Below are positions 1-12,789 of a DNA stretch of 64,000 bases, one piece after another. Source of the DNA: Paraphysomonas bandaiensis (lineage: Eukaryota > Protista > Chrysophyceae); NCBI GenBank assembly GCA_965644295.1, contig CBFFRP010000080.1:310001-374000 (forward strand), written 5' to 3'. The notes beneath the pieces were generated by a model. It was not told the origin of the DNA. It saw only the letters and a list, made by a program, of their open reading frames with translations, and searched no databases. Positions within the stretch are counted from its first letter, which is position 1. The number at the start of each line of letters is the position of its first letter. A program made the translations under genes and the position numbers.

Positions 1-1
1 A

Positions 2-740
2 ACTACCACATTGTCTTGTTCATTGAATAAAGGTATATAATCCACAGCGGAACTGACAGGGGTCTTAATGTCAAGAGGTCACCCAACAGCACCACATATA
101 GTTGCACGTCAAATTGACGGCCCGAAACACACAAGAGAACTAGTCGAGTGGCTTCGAGGGAATAAGCTTGTAAGTGGGAGTGATGTAGCTACTCCACGAT
201 ATTATCCAGACTCACTCTCTTTTATGAGAAGTTTACTAGAGCTCGACACAGACTTAAAAGTGGTGGACATTGCTGTGCATTCCGAAACATAGCAATGCTG
301 ACCCTAACATAGCAATGCTCCATGAGGCGATACTTGCCAAACAGAAACTTCTCCGGCAGGCAGGCGTTAAAGGAGTTGGTGTATCACAGTTGTGTTTTGA
401 TGCATACAGCTTTATTGAATGGCTCCGTGCCGAACGTGACACCGGATTTGAAGTACCGTTCATGGTTCGTATAGCCAGTGTTGTTGGTGTACATAGGCTT
501 GTAGAAATTGAATGTAAGTTGGGAATCGGAAATTCTCTTCATATGCTAGGAAAAATGAACTCGGGTCTTCAACCACTACTTATGACAAGTGGCTATGATC
601 CTTCTGATTACTTAGATTCGATTGACCCTGAAGCCAAGCGGCTGAATATTGTAGGTATTCATAGCTGCACTTTTAACTGTGTTGCCTCCACTGCGCAGTG
701 GCGTAAACAGCATGCATATAATATTGACTGGTTAATATAA
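2..740 (+). pseudogene. metF: Bacterial-type methylenetetrahydrofolate reductase (MetF-like) pseudogene, 5'-truncated by the window
   Basis: Frame 2 reads TTTLSCSLNKGI*STAELTGVLMSRGHPTAPHIVARQ (in-frame TAA at 38-40). A frameshift near 285 (IAVHSE/KHS, expected G.PEGH) leads into SQLCFD..FIEWLR..R..G..VP...LGIGNSL...YDP...GIHSCTFN..STAQW. The motif order matches short bacterial MetF proteins. No introns. Confidence 0.75.
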
Positions 741-984
741 TTATTTGTTTTTCTCTAAAACAACCTGATAGAGCATCATATAGGTAGGAATGACCAACGA
801 ATCGCGAGCGAGAATGAAATAATACTCACTATAGTCAATAAATATTACGAATTAAAAGTGACGTTAGGTATTGCCCCATTCCGAGGGCGTGGTCATGTGG
901 GCTCGCTGGTATACTGGTATATCACATATAACACTGACTCTACCCCTCGCCTACCCGTGTAACAACGTAGCTGACCGCATAGAT

Positions 985-1260
985 CACGCGCAGATTCTGT
1001 TGCCGCCCCACCCGTGTTCACATTTGCTAAGATTACGCGGGATTTCTCATAGCTATGCATGACTTATATATGTAATTCGCGCAGATTCTAGTGGGACCAT
1101 GTTTACCTTCCCATTGCCTAACAAAGATTACGTGGAGCTTCTCGTGACCATGCATGACTCAGTATAGGTCTAGTGTGACATTGGCCGCCCCTTCCCTCTC
1201 CTAGAATGCGCGGGGTTTCTCGTAATCCCATATGGGCTATGCAAGCATAGTGTAGATCTA
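985..1260. repeat. Degenerate tandem repeat, ~80-95 bp unit
   Basis: CGCGCAGATTCT at ~987 and ~1078; GATTACGYGG..TTCTC...ATGCATGACT at ~1031 and ~1126, with a weaker copy at ~1204. Confidence 0.5.
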
Positions 1261-1805
1261 GCTAGAGTTTGCTTGGTGCCGACACACAAAGAATACGCTG
1301 AGATTTTATTAACAATCTATACGTTACTTAGCTTAATCAACGCTAGCACTTTACTAGGGTACGTTCTCGGAATGGGGAAATATCAATTTACGAAAAGCGA
1401 AATTACCTTCTCCATTGACACCCACGACAACTGTGTCAGATTTATTGTCATAGTATATGCGATGAATTGTCCACAATTGGATTACATTCGTTTTCGCTTT
1501 CGTCATTCGAAGCAAAACTACCATAGAACCTTCACAAAATACGCCTAATTTATCTATAATTTCCCCACAAGGAGTGTTAGTGGGATTAGGAATGCGACAA
1601 CGTCCATCATAAGGAGCTTTTGGCCCCGCTCCATGTAAATATTAAAGAAAGAAACGCTGGATTTGAGATATTTCATTGAATAGCTAACACGATTGTATTG
1701 CTACATTGTTATACCACATCAGTGTTGTTGTTCACTCATTCCACTCTATAAAGAACTCGAAAGCCCTCTGCATAGCTTCCAGATAGGACAGCACAGACAT
1801 CGAGA

Positions 1806-1960
1806 GCAGTGGACCAGACCGTTGGACCACTGGCAGTACATTTAGACCAAAACAGTTGGACCACTGGCAGTACCATACAGTTTGCTTGACCATTATAGTT
1901 ACGATGAAGACCAGTACAGTGGACTGCTGTACTCGTTTTTTCTGTCCACTGTAGTGTACC
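1806..1960. repeat. Short direct repeats (GTTGGACCACTGGCAGTAC x2 plus partial copies)
   Basis: An exact 19-mer at 1821 and 1855, with related CAGTGGAC/GACCAGTAC fragments nearby. Confidence 0.55.
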
Positions 1961-2547
1961 GTATAGTACGACCGTAGAGTTTTTATAGGTTGCGTTTCTT
2001 TACATAAAACCGGCACTTTTTTTGTTAAAAACCTGCTTATTCGTGAACCCTACTCCGTAATCGCGTTATATCGCGAGTATGCCTGTCGTCCACCTCGTTT
2101 TCAATGATTGGCTGAAGGTATGTATATTATGATTTGGTTGGCCGGTGGAACTCCATATGTACTCTGCTGTATATGTAAACCACACCTATCCTTCTCCATG
2201 CTATACTGCCGTATACTCACCAATTGTGGCTGTGAACAAAAAACATGACCTGAACCTCATACTCCTGTACAATTGATGTGACTTACATTACATTGTGTAC
2301 ATCTAAGACAGGGACCGACCTCTGCTCGTAGAAAACAGCTGTGCGCTTCCTGACAGTTCGTTTCTTCGGTATGAAGATATTTATTGGAGGATTGAAGGCT
2401 TTGCAGTAGAGACTATTGTAGTGTAGTGTAGCTTATACAGTGGACTGTGATATAGTGCAGGAGAGATATAGTCTGATTAGTGTCATGAGACTCTGGAGAC
2501 ACCTCCCCTCAAATTATCTCAAGCTCAACTATCAGAGCACACGGCTC

Positions 2548-3741
2548 ATGACCGATAACCTGAAAACTGTTGCAGTTTTGGTTGATGCGGACAACGTGAA
2601 ATGGTGTGTCGTGTGTGTTGGCTACGTATATGTATGTATGCTGATGTGTTACTCACAGTTCTCTTGCGAATGAATATATTAAAGTGGCATCGCGTTATGG
2701 GCGTACGATAATACGAAGAGTGTATGGCGACTGGAGCAAGCAAAACCTATGCGGATGGAAAAAAGCTTTCGCAGAATCGGGTTTCGTCAAAGTCCAAGCA
2801 TCAGCATGTGTGAAGAAGAAGAGTACTACGGATTCTACCCTGTTGATTGGAGCTATGGACCTTCTACATGAAAACAAAGTTGATGTGTTTTGCATCGTAA
2901 CTAGTGACAGTGACTTTGCTGGCCTCTGCCATCGAATAAGGTATGCATATTGGCCTCGTATTGAAATTTATGTTCCTGTGGAGTTATCTATGTTCAGTTT
3001 TAATATTACGCGAAGAATATTTTAAAGTATATTACAACTCTCTCATGTGTTTGCAGACAGGACGGGAAGCTTGTTGTCGGAATTGGAAGAGATATAACTC
3101 ACAGCGCATTCGTCAATGCATGTGATGATTTTATTCAGATAGAGAAGCTTGAGAAGTCAAATAGTAGCACATCAGAAAATCAAAAAATGTTATCAAGTAA
3201 CACATCAATATGTCAAGTTTTTGGGAGACCCATTGATATGGAAGCCATTCACAGGGCATATACGAAGGCGATAAAAGTGAGTGATAAAAAGGGTGTCTAC
3301 AGCGGAATATTTGCGAAGACGATTCGACGTGAAATCAATGGGTTCGATGTAGTGCACTATGGATTCAAATCATTCATATCATTTTGTCAGTCGCTCGAAG
3401 GATATGACGTTCACTTTGTAAAAGGGACGCGCAGAGAGACGGCGTATATACGTCGAGTCTCAATGAAAACTGTCCCTGCAACAGATGATGCCAGTTCTGA
3501 TTCTCAAGACTTTAACATTAAAGATATGCAACGTGCATACCAATCGGCTATGGATGTCAACGGAGTGCCATACCTGTCTCTAGTTAATGCAGCTCTTCGC
3601 CGGCGTAACCCATCCTTTGATCATAAATCGTTGGGGTTCAAAAGCTTTCGATTATTCTGCGACTCTCTAGCACCACATTATCATGTTAGTTTCAAAAACA
3701 ATAAATCCACAGCGATACTTGTCCCAGGGCAGAAAACGTAA
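2548..3741 (+). CDS. NYN (LabA/DUF88, PIN-fold) ribonuclease with two C-terminal OST-HTH/LOTUS domains; exons 2548-2603, 2659-2940, 3057-3741
   Basis: The spliced product has VAVLVDADN, RRVYGDWS, KSTTDSTL..GAMDLL, FCIVTSDSDF, GKLVVGIG..T.SAFVNACDDF. Two repeats end in FD..HYGFKSF / FDHKSLGFKSF. Both GT-AG introns restore the frame. Confidence 0.9.
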
Positions 3742-3996
3742 GAGGATTGATTTCATGATTCAACACGTGCGGTTGCGACCTCCCATGAGATGTGCATACA
3801 AATGGCATTAGGTCGTATATATCCGTTGTAATAGCTATTGTAGATATATAGAATGTAGTTTTGTCTCGAAAGATATTAATACATATACTATGTTGACTTG
3901 TGGACCATTGGCTTTAACTTCCAATTATGTTTCTTAAGGCAACTCTCAAATCTTATGTGTAGTGATACCAAATATTAACTTACCGGGACTTCTGCA

Positions 3997-4228
3997 GTAG
4001 TGAATGTCGTATTTTTAACAATAGGCGTGTAAGAGTCAGAACTAATGTAGCAATACAATTTAACTAACTAGTGCTTAACTCTGATATCCTGCTATTTTAC
4101 GTTACAAGAGCTGCTTGTGCGTCACCGCAAGCGCCAAGGTTCAACCAATTTCGCTCGATCGCTCTAAGCAAACGCAGTGAGCAAGCAGAATGTTGATATA
4201 CCTGACATCTGCTGAATTCAGGGACTTC
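3997..4228 (+). repeat. Dispersed repeat family C, partial copy
   Basis: Aligns by eye to 43316-43384 plus 44545-44705 (AATAGGCG..AAG.GTCAGAACTAATGTAGC; ACTAGTGCTTAACTCTGATATCCT; GTTGATATACCTGACATCT). Confidence 0.8.
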
Positions 4229-5470
4229 AACAGTATGCGATACTACAACATTACTTCTGTTACAACCCTGCACTCACTACGTACATTTGAGTTTTGGGAG
4301 GCTAAGTTTTGGTAGTTAATCCAGCGTTAACGGGTATAGTAGAGTCGGCATATCAATTATAATTTATCGCAATTTTAAGAGTAAGTAAAATTAAATATGT
4401 TTGGATAGACCTTAAAAATTTGATTCTAAGTTGGCTCTTACTGTAATGTAAATTAGATTTATATCGCACTTATTAGGTGTGAACGTAGACTATTATACTG
4501 GGTAATGTGTTTGAAAATATCCAACAGCTTGTGCATTTAGATATGGCGTGTTAAATATGTGTGGCGTATATTTAGATGATTAAAACATTCTGGTGATAAA
4601 GTTGTTAACATAATAGCAAAAAATGTGCTAATTTAGGAGGAGGGCGTGATGCGAATGTACAATTCAATACGTATATTGGTTTGTATATAATGGTAAAGGC
4701 CATGCAGGTGAGATGTTTTGAATGGGATCTGGATATCTGGGTTTGAATCATTTTAAAGGAAACCCTGGAGTTTCGATGTGCTATTGCATATTTGCAAACT
4801 ATTTTGGTGAACAACCTGCTTTGTAATATGAACATATGAATGTATAACCCATAATATGGTCACCAATAATATTGTAGTGGATGACTGTGATATTATTGTT
4901 TCGTAGCACTGTCAAGTTATGACACAATTGGATGATTTACTAACAAGTTAACTGGACGTGTATTCACTCATTAATCTTGTTATAAAATTATAATCAATAT
5001 CTCTTCTCATTCATCAATTTCATGTTATCTATACGACCAATCATTTCTTGTACGATCTTACATCATCACTATCTTGTATCATCAATATATTATATTCAGT
5101 TTCATTACTACAGTAGCTATCATGTTGTTAGTTCTCATAATACTGTTAATACTACTACATTCTTCGACAACGGTCAATATTCCAATACCTTAGAATTACA
5201 GCTTTTAATTGCTCCAACAGCATAACTCAACAAGCACTGCTAATTCTGTGCCTGTACAAACGAGCTTTTACTATGCGTTGGCAAACTTCATGTCAATAGA
5301 ACATGACTATTCTTTTCAATGAGATTAGTTGTAAGTTGTTATAAGAGCATGTGAATGTAAAGTTGAATAATTCAGCAGAACTATACTGTCATGCTAATAT
5401 CAGATACGTTAATTTTTAAACTTAAGATATTTTTTCTGATATATATTAATTTTTGGATAAATATACTTAT

Positions 5471-7405
5471 TCATTCTGTCATAATTCTAACACCAGCAAC
5501 AGAAGCTGACGACTCATAGTCTAAATCTGGAGTTACAACTATCTTTTTAGTCACTGAAGCCATGATATGCAATGAATGATCATCGTTCTCGCATGGCGAG
5601 GCATTGGAGGTGGTGTTCTCCGCGAGGGGATCTGCAATCGTGCTATCGGTAGGAGAAATACTGGCAATAAGTTGCTGGAAAGATGACGATATACCAGGAG
5701 ATATCTATACAAATAAACAATGAAAGATGCACAAATAGTACACGTATACAATGAAATATGTACTCACCTCATAGTGCATATCAACCTGATGCTTCTCTTC
5801 CTCGTGATGGGAATCCATCGAAAAACTTCTTTCCCTCCCACCCACACTCCCACTTCGTTGACGCCCTCTATAGGTATCACGCTTAATCGCCTCTATCACC
5901 AACTCTATTTTTCCTGACTTCCGAATTCGAATTTTACCTATGATAATCCGAAGATATCAATTAGAGATACTGCAGTGTTTAGGCACTTCTATGGTACCAA
6001 TTTTTCCTTTGGGAAGCTTTAATGTGGATTTATTGACAGTATGTGAGTTTATATCGTGCTTCACATGCTCTGATCCAGCCTCGTTGTCGTCATTCTTTGC
6101 AGCCTGATACATACTGACACCACACAACATGACTACGAATAAAAGCTCACGGGTACACGTAATGGGGATTTAATAAAACACAGTTATATTTATCGTATAA
6201 TATGGTTACACATATACCCATGTGCCTGGCATGAGCGACAGATAGTGATTTTCAAAAATATACTCGTACCTCTCAAGAACCGACGGAAACTGCAATAAAT
6301 ATACAGCTTCCCGCTCCTCCGCCTCCAAGCCCTCTGGATCATCCGCCGCGGCAAATGGAGGCTATATATATCACAGTACCAATTATCTTATTTACGTAAA
6401 ATGTGCCATTACATCAAGAGGCACAAGCACTACTTCTAATACATTGGGTATCTCAGCGTTATATTATACTGAGAGACAAAGCATTGGGAAATACATGTCC
6501 ATACCTTCTCAGTCTCCTGCTGTCGACCTCGCATGGTGGGCGGGCCCAAAGGGAGCACAACAGGGTCAGTTTCTGAATAGTCTGTAGGGGGCCAAGCGAC
6601 TGGGCTGAGATCCTCCGCTTCAGCAAACTACAAGTGACGCAGGTCAGTAAGGCCACTACTTTACAATACCCATAACGGTAGGTGCGATACGTGGATTTAA
6701 CAACAACGATACTTCTACAATATTACAAAAGAATAATTTATAAATCATATGACCCACCCCATCTTCTGTTTTAACAACTCTTCCGTCGTCTTCAAAGTCA
6801 GTGGTCGGGCTTCGTCGATGTGCCGAACTCTGATTAGCATCATCGGAGGCCTAGGTGAACAGCGGAAGCATTTGAAACTAACACAGGAATCTATGCAAGT
6901 ACTACCTTCGAGTTACTACCACCTTCTCCGATGGTCGTATTGAATCTATTTGCTGGGAACAAGTTGAGAAGAGGTCACAGAGGTTGCAATGATATCAAAC
7001 CTTGGCTACTACTTGATGCGGATGCACCACCTCCAGTAAAGAATGCTTGGCCAGTAGGCATTACGAATCTGCCTCTACCTTCTCCTCTACCCCGACCACG
7101 CCCAGAGTTCCCATCTCGGCTGCGGGAATTGTTTTTTCGGAACTTTTCTTGTTTCACTGGAACAGTGCGCACGCTGCACATATATCAGCACACTAACAGA
7201 CAGCACCACATCACACTAAGGCCATCACTCTACCTGGCAGCCTCTGATGATTCATGAGATGGAACCGGAGTGTCGTTTGTTTTCTTGGGTGGTTTAGGAG
7301 TGAACTGTGCGTGTATCGTATAGACATGACATGTCGTGTCATCGCATCGTATCATATACGCACCTTTCTCTTTGGAATGCCCCCAAGAGTCTTAGCAGGA
7401 TTCAT
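5471..7405 (-). CDS. POLR3D: RNA polymerase III subunit RPC4 (C53), multi-exon
   Basis: N-terminal KRK|FTPKPPKK and GRGRGRG; C-terminal RPC4 motifs GKIRIRKSGKIELVI...YE|ISPGISSSFQQ...VTKKIVVTPDL; stop at 5471-5473. Internal exon boundaries only partly resolved. Confidence 0.8.
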
Positions 7406-7753
7406 GGGCGGTTGGATTGACTTCCAGTCAGTGTTAGTCTCTGTGTGTGTCTATGTCTATGTCAGTGTATTTGAAGCACTGCACTGCAATGTTTATGGCC
7501 TCCTCTCATACCATCCCATAGCTACATATACACACCAGAGCACTATAGAGCAGACTCACACTATCCACTGCTGTATACTGGTGTAGTACTGTACTGTATA
7601 TGTGTACGTGTATGCTCCACTGCAGGTACTTCTGTACTCCTGCACTGCACGGCAGGGTGGCTCTGTACATGCGTATATGACTATCATGCTGAGTGCAGGT
7701 AGAATGCTATGGACACATACCCCTCTAACACACTACCCTAAACAGCAATAGGG

Positions 7754-9760
7754 ATGTCGCTCCTGTCAGGCATACGGTTCATATCGAAGTCTGAGCGTGA
7801 GTCCAGTGACTCCAAATCAAAAAAGAAAGACCACAAGAGCAGCCGACATAAGAGCAAGAAACGATCAAGACGAGACCACCATGAGCGATATAGAGGTAGA
7901 GATGGGGATAGAGATGGGGATAGAGGGGAGGAGGAGCAGGAAATACCAGATTTTGCAGATTTTGATGAGAGTGTGTATAATAATGCTGAGAAGCGGGTCC
8001 GTCAGGATGACCATGAGAGGGACGAGGGACAAGAGCCCTCCTCTACTGCACTGCATCAAACAGAAGAAATAGGAGCGCACGCTTTCCAGGGGCTTGGAAA
8101 TCAAGACGCGGCGTCTATGCTACGCGCACGGTTGAAACAGAAACCTTCCGGTGGGACCACTGTTCCGGCCCCATCGACTTCATCTGCAGCTAACGATCGT
8201 GCCAACATGGCTTCAGACCTATCCAGCTTCCTCACTCCAGGGGAGCGAAAGTGGATGTCTACATACCAGCTGAAAACTAGTGGAGAGGGTAATGTAGTGG
8301 AATCAGGCGCTAGTAAGAACAAGCCTTTAACCTCCGAACAATGGGATATCCATCGCATGGCTGCGGAGGAGCGTCTTGGTGGAAGTGACATGGACCGCAT
8401 TCTCGCCTCTAATATTATTCGCAAAGGAAGCAATTTTAAGGGCACAGAGCTGGGGCTGGGCTCATTAAGTAAGGGTGGAAGTGGTTTGGGTACGGACAGG
8501 GCAGGCAAAGATGAAGATCCCGAAAATGGCGCTGGGGAAATAGATATGCGCATGCTTCAACAGAAGGAAGAAAAACTCAGTGAGGCAGAAATTGCACAGC
8601 GGATGACAGCCCGTGCAGACGCCGCGCGTAAAATTCATACTCAGGTAGTCGTGAATGATATAAGGTTATGAAAAATGACATATGTTTCACAAAGGTCGTC
8701 GAAAAATGTCCTAGATGTCGCGAAAGTTATCGCTACCAGCCACACCGAACAATTTGCAGTGGCCAATATATTGAGCTTCGAATAAAGCCAGGTTGAAACT
8801 GTTAAAATTGAGTGATTGCGTTATTTGTATGTAACACGAAGTGACAGTGGTTGCGTCACAGTATATAATGCCATTGTAAAGAGTACATACTATTGCCCAT
8901 TGCATGAATATCTCTGTTCAGAGTACTGTCTAATATGGTTTGTATTAGCTTCACATGCCCTCGATGAGCGTTGGCATTGCGAACTAGTTCCCATATCTCA
9001 CTCACCTTCCCTGCTGCGAGCTATAGAGGGCGATGCAGATGGCGAAGATGGAAAAGGAATCTTACGAGAATTAGACCGATTCAAGTCCTGCCTGGTGAGA
9101 ATGTTTGAAACTCTCGATATGGGAGTGGCGTTTATGGAAACCGCTTTACACGCGGGTATCGGCCCGGAAGATTCTGCCGGCACGCGGAAGACATCTAGGC
9201 ACCATACTGCAATAGATGTGGTGCCCTGTGAAAGAGGTATGGAAGCAGACCTGGAGATGTTTTTCAAGCAGGTGAGGAAATTCAGTTCGATTAGAACGGA
9301 ATCCATTTGTCGCATGATTGCTTTGTTGGAGTAGAAACAGTATATACACGTAGTTGATATCTATATATAGGCCTTTATGACCGCTGACGACGACTGGGGA
9401 ACTCACAAGAAGCTCATATCGATCGGACCAAACAAACCCCTTCAAAAAGCCATCCCCAGTAGATTTGCCTATATATGTGCTGAGTGGACAACTGCAACTT
9501 CGAATTCAGATGAAGAGAGAAGAGTCCAGGGAATTGCTCATATAGTGGAAAACATTGGTAAGTATAATAATGCGTTTTGCTTGGACGTTGCAGCTGGGGC
9601 GTTGGATTTAGATCCATTTGTAATGAGAAAGTTAAAGAAAAGTGCGAACAGTGACTATGATGACGTTGCACAAAACAAAGCGAGAGAGATTGAGGTTGTG
9701 GAAGCATTTAAAAGAGAATGGCAGATGTTTGACTGGACGCAGTATATTTCAATGACGTGA
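7754..9760 (+). CDS. CWF19L2: CWF19-like protein 2 (CwfJ C-terminal domains), spliceosome disassembly factor, multi-exon
   Basis: Lys/Arg/Ser-rich N-terminus, MD..LASNI, CPRC, HCELVPISH, FKSCLVRMF, FMETA, HTAIDVVP, FFKQ|ALMTADDDWGTHKKLI, GIAHIVE, FKREWQMFDWT. Confidence 0.88.
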
Positions 9761-10921
9761 AATGTGTTTGTACATGCGCTCTAATAATATTAACCAGAGA
9801 GATTTTCGACTGTGTTACATTTCAGTGTTTGATCGCCCTTAGTTTTGAATTTTTTTATATGGTGTAAGGTGCTAATAGTATTATGAGGCTATTGAAAATA
9901 GATACTAGTATATATGCGTATGCGAAGACGCTATATGTAATTCTTTTTATCATGCTGCAAAAAGTAATGTATAGTATTTAGGTAAAAATTATTTGAATTG
10001 TTTAGTTACAATTTGCAGGTAGTCCTTCTCCGTCTCTTCTGATGTAAACCATACTTATCTTTTCGTCATTCCATATTGTACATTTGTAGTGTACAATATC
10101 AATAGTGCTTCAACAACTGGATGTTCTAATTTCTTTTGAGTTAGTTTGTCGTTTGTCGATATGTCGGAAAAATCAGTACAAAGCAATATATATCGTACTT
10201 CACCGTCGAATCGCTGACTTTACTGTAGGAAAACATGATTTTAAAATGATGAATGATAAGCTTATTTCATTACTATTGTGAATAGGCCCACTTCCAATAT
10301 TGAATTCTCTTTTTGTCGGTGTGTATTTGATTGTATTCGTTTCTCTCATGCTTTTTGCAAGCTATAAGAAGCAATTCTCTTGGCTGCAACAGACAGCTTC
10401 TTGCTAACTCCTCATTTGAATTTGATTGGACCTCTCCCGGTATCTGATGAGGCAACAGAGCCTAAAAGAATTCTTGTCCACAGCTGTGTCCACGGATAGG
10501 ATATATATACAGCAGTATATACACCATAATGGTGTACGGTCGTACTGGAACATTTTCCTGCAGGCAGTTCCATATTGTTCACCATGATCAAAAAATCGCA
10601 TCTCGGCAGAGTATTCCTCCAAATACTGTGCTGTATGCGGAGGGAATGGAATGGTCTCTTCCCTTCCCGTCACATGCAAGAATGATCTCACCACACGCAG
10701 ACACCAGCAGCACCAGACACAACAACCAGCAGCACCAGCAGACACTCGGATTTCCTAGCAGTGAGAACAAAAATAGGTCCGTTTACAAGATATCGCTCTG
10801 CTCTGCGTTACACTCGCATTCCTCAGCCTCTCTATTCCACATCACACTATACCATACTGTTATAGTTAACTGAACTGATCTTACGTGCGATTATTTCCTG
10901 CTGTATCCTTCTATATCGACT

Positions 10922-12298
10922 ATGGGAAACGGAATTTCCACCCTTCCCGCAGATGACCGGGCGGAGATAGCTTTCAAAATGCGATCTATCTACTTGCAAA
11001 CTACTGACAGCGAGGAGATGTCTGATTTGGACGTACACGACAAGATGGCGAAGGCATACGATGAACTCGTAAGGGAGAAATATACACACAGTGCTGAGAA
11101 GGCTCATTCAAAACCGAAACAAGAAAGCAAAAGTACAACCATCAAGAGAAAAACTCCCTCAAGAAGACGATCGTTTGAAAACCCCAACATTCCTAGTAAG
11201 AGCGGAGCGACTAAGGCAGCTGCCAAAAAACTTCCTCCACGTGTTCCAAGCAAGTCCACTTCTCTACCTGATACTGCCGATGAAAATGAGGTCGAAGGTG
11301 ATATTTCCAAAGAGGCTGAAGTAACTGTACCGCCTAATGGTGAGCTCGCTCTACTCACAACGTTCATCCTATAATTTATATATTGTGGTATGCAGTTGAT
11401 TCTTGGGACTCTGTAACTGAGCAGCCATCATGCATAATATGCAAAATGGTGTTTTCAACTGCGACAAAGCTCGATACTCACTTAAAGTACTCGGTATGTA
11501 GAGAGGGGAAGTCTCATATATGTACATTAATTTTATTTATAGGAAGTCCACAAAAAAAATGTGATGGCCATCAATGCAGAAAAAGAGGCCAAAGAAAAGC
11601 AATCTGAGCCAAAGCCTGATATCCTTCCAGCTATTTCAAACAACCGCTGCCGAGAGATATACAGTGGCTCGAAATTCTTCTGGAGAACAAAGAAAACGCT
11701 TGAGATCAATTTATTTGTGCATTTCGAACAGAAATGCATTGAAGTCTGTGCTTACGACAACTCCACTGGTGAGGAATATCCTCGCATCTACTTGAAAGAA
11801 GAGACCGTATATAATTATATCGGTGGCGATACGGCCATTCAACACCGTGTTCAAACACGTTCCGACAGCAGGATTAATGGAGGGTTATCAGTGCCTCCTG
11901 TCGATGTATTACACGACGAAGAACGTCGATTGGCAATTTCATCTCATATCATGACTTGTTTACAGTTACCTGACGATATTGTGACACCTGATGGCGATGT
12001 TGGCAAGAATTCTATTAAATATATCTTTTCTCCAACTACCGTTGCTCAGGACGCAGGTTCACCGCTACTTAGCACTAAGCCGGCGGACCTCACTCCTGTT
12101 CTAATTCCACGCCGGCGACTATCGAGTTCTGAAGAGATCGAGAATGTACTACAGAATATCGCCTCCATGGAACAAGACCTACAAAAACGAACCGCTAATG
12201 CGGAAGCGGTAGCACAATCTATGCTGTCTAAAAACGAGGAACTCTTGAAGCACAGTGCTAGCACTGGAGGTATTGCGATGACGACTAATCCGCTGTAA
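10922..12298 (+). CDS. Hypothetical protein with an N-myristoylation-type start and one C2H2 zinc finger (introns ~11340-11396 and ~11494-11542)
   Basis: Starts MGNGIS; spliced CIICKMVFSTATKLDTHLKYS|EVH; C-terminal coiled coil. The introns join three ORF segments in frame. Confidence 0.7.
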
Positions 12299-12789
12299 GC
12301 TTTTCAGCCTCACAGCAATTATGAATGAAGGATTTTATTCAACGATTCTTTGTTTTATCAGACTGGTTTATTGCTTTATGATATTTTTGAAATTCATTAT
12401 GCTGATACTTTGAAGTACTGCTACCTCGGAGTATTCATTTTCACTACCAATGATGACAATTAAATACATTAAATGTTTTGTTTTACCGCTAAATATTACG
12501 TCTAGTTCTTTTTTACGAAGATCTGATTAACAGCCACTGGAGTGATTTGTTGATAGGTTTTAAGTATTAGTATGTACGTATGTACTTCACATGAGCTCAG
12601 TGATGGGTGCGTTATTAAGGTTGCCAGTTTAGACTATTCTTGTAACAATCGTTCCTTACGTAAGAGAATAGAGAATACTTCACTAACTTTGTCAACATTG
12701 AAACTCTTTGCTTCGGACATACACCTATAGTATTACTATGCACTATGCATGACATGATGACATGTGCACATTGTTGAATAATTGTTGCA

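Noticed and set aside
1806-1880. CRISPR-like repeat-spacer pattern
   Set aside because: Only two exact repeats with a ~15-bp spacer, a eukaryotic context and no cas genes.
10030-10770. Possible minus-strand partner gene divergent from 10922
   Set aside because: Short ORFs and splice-like sites exist, but no coherent protein could be assembled.
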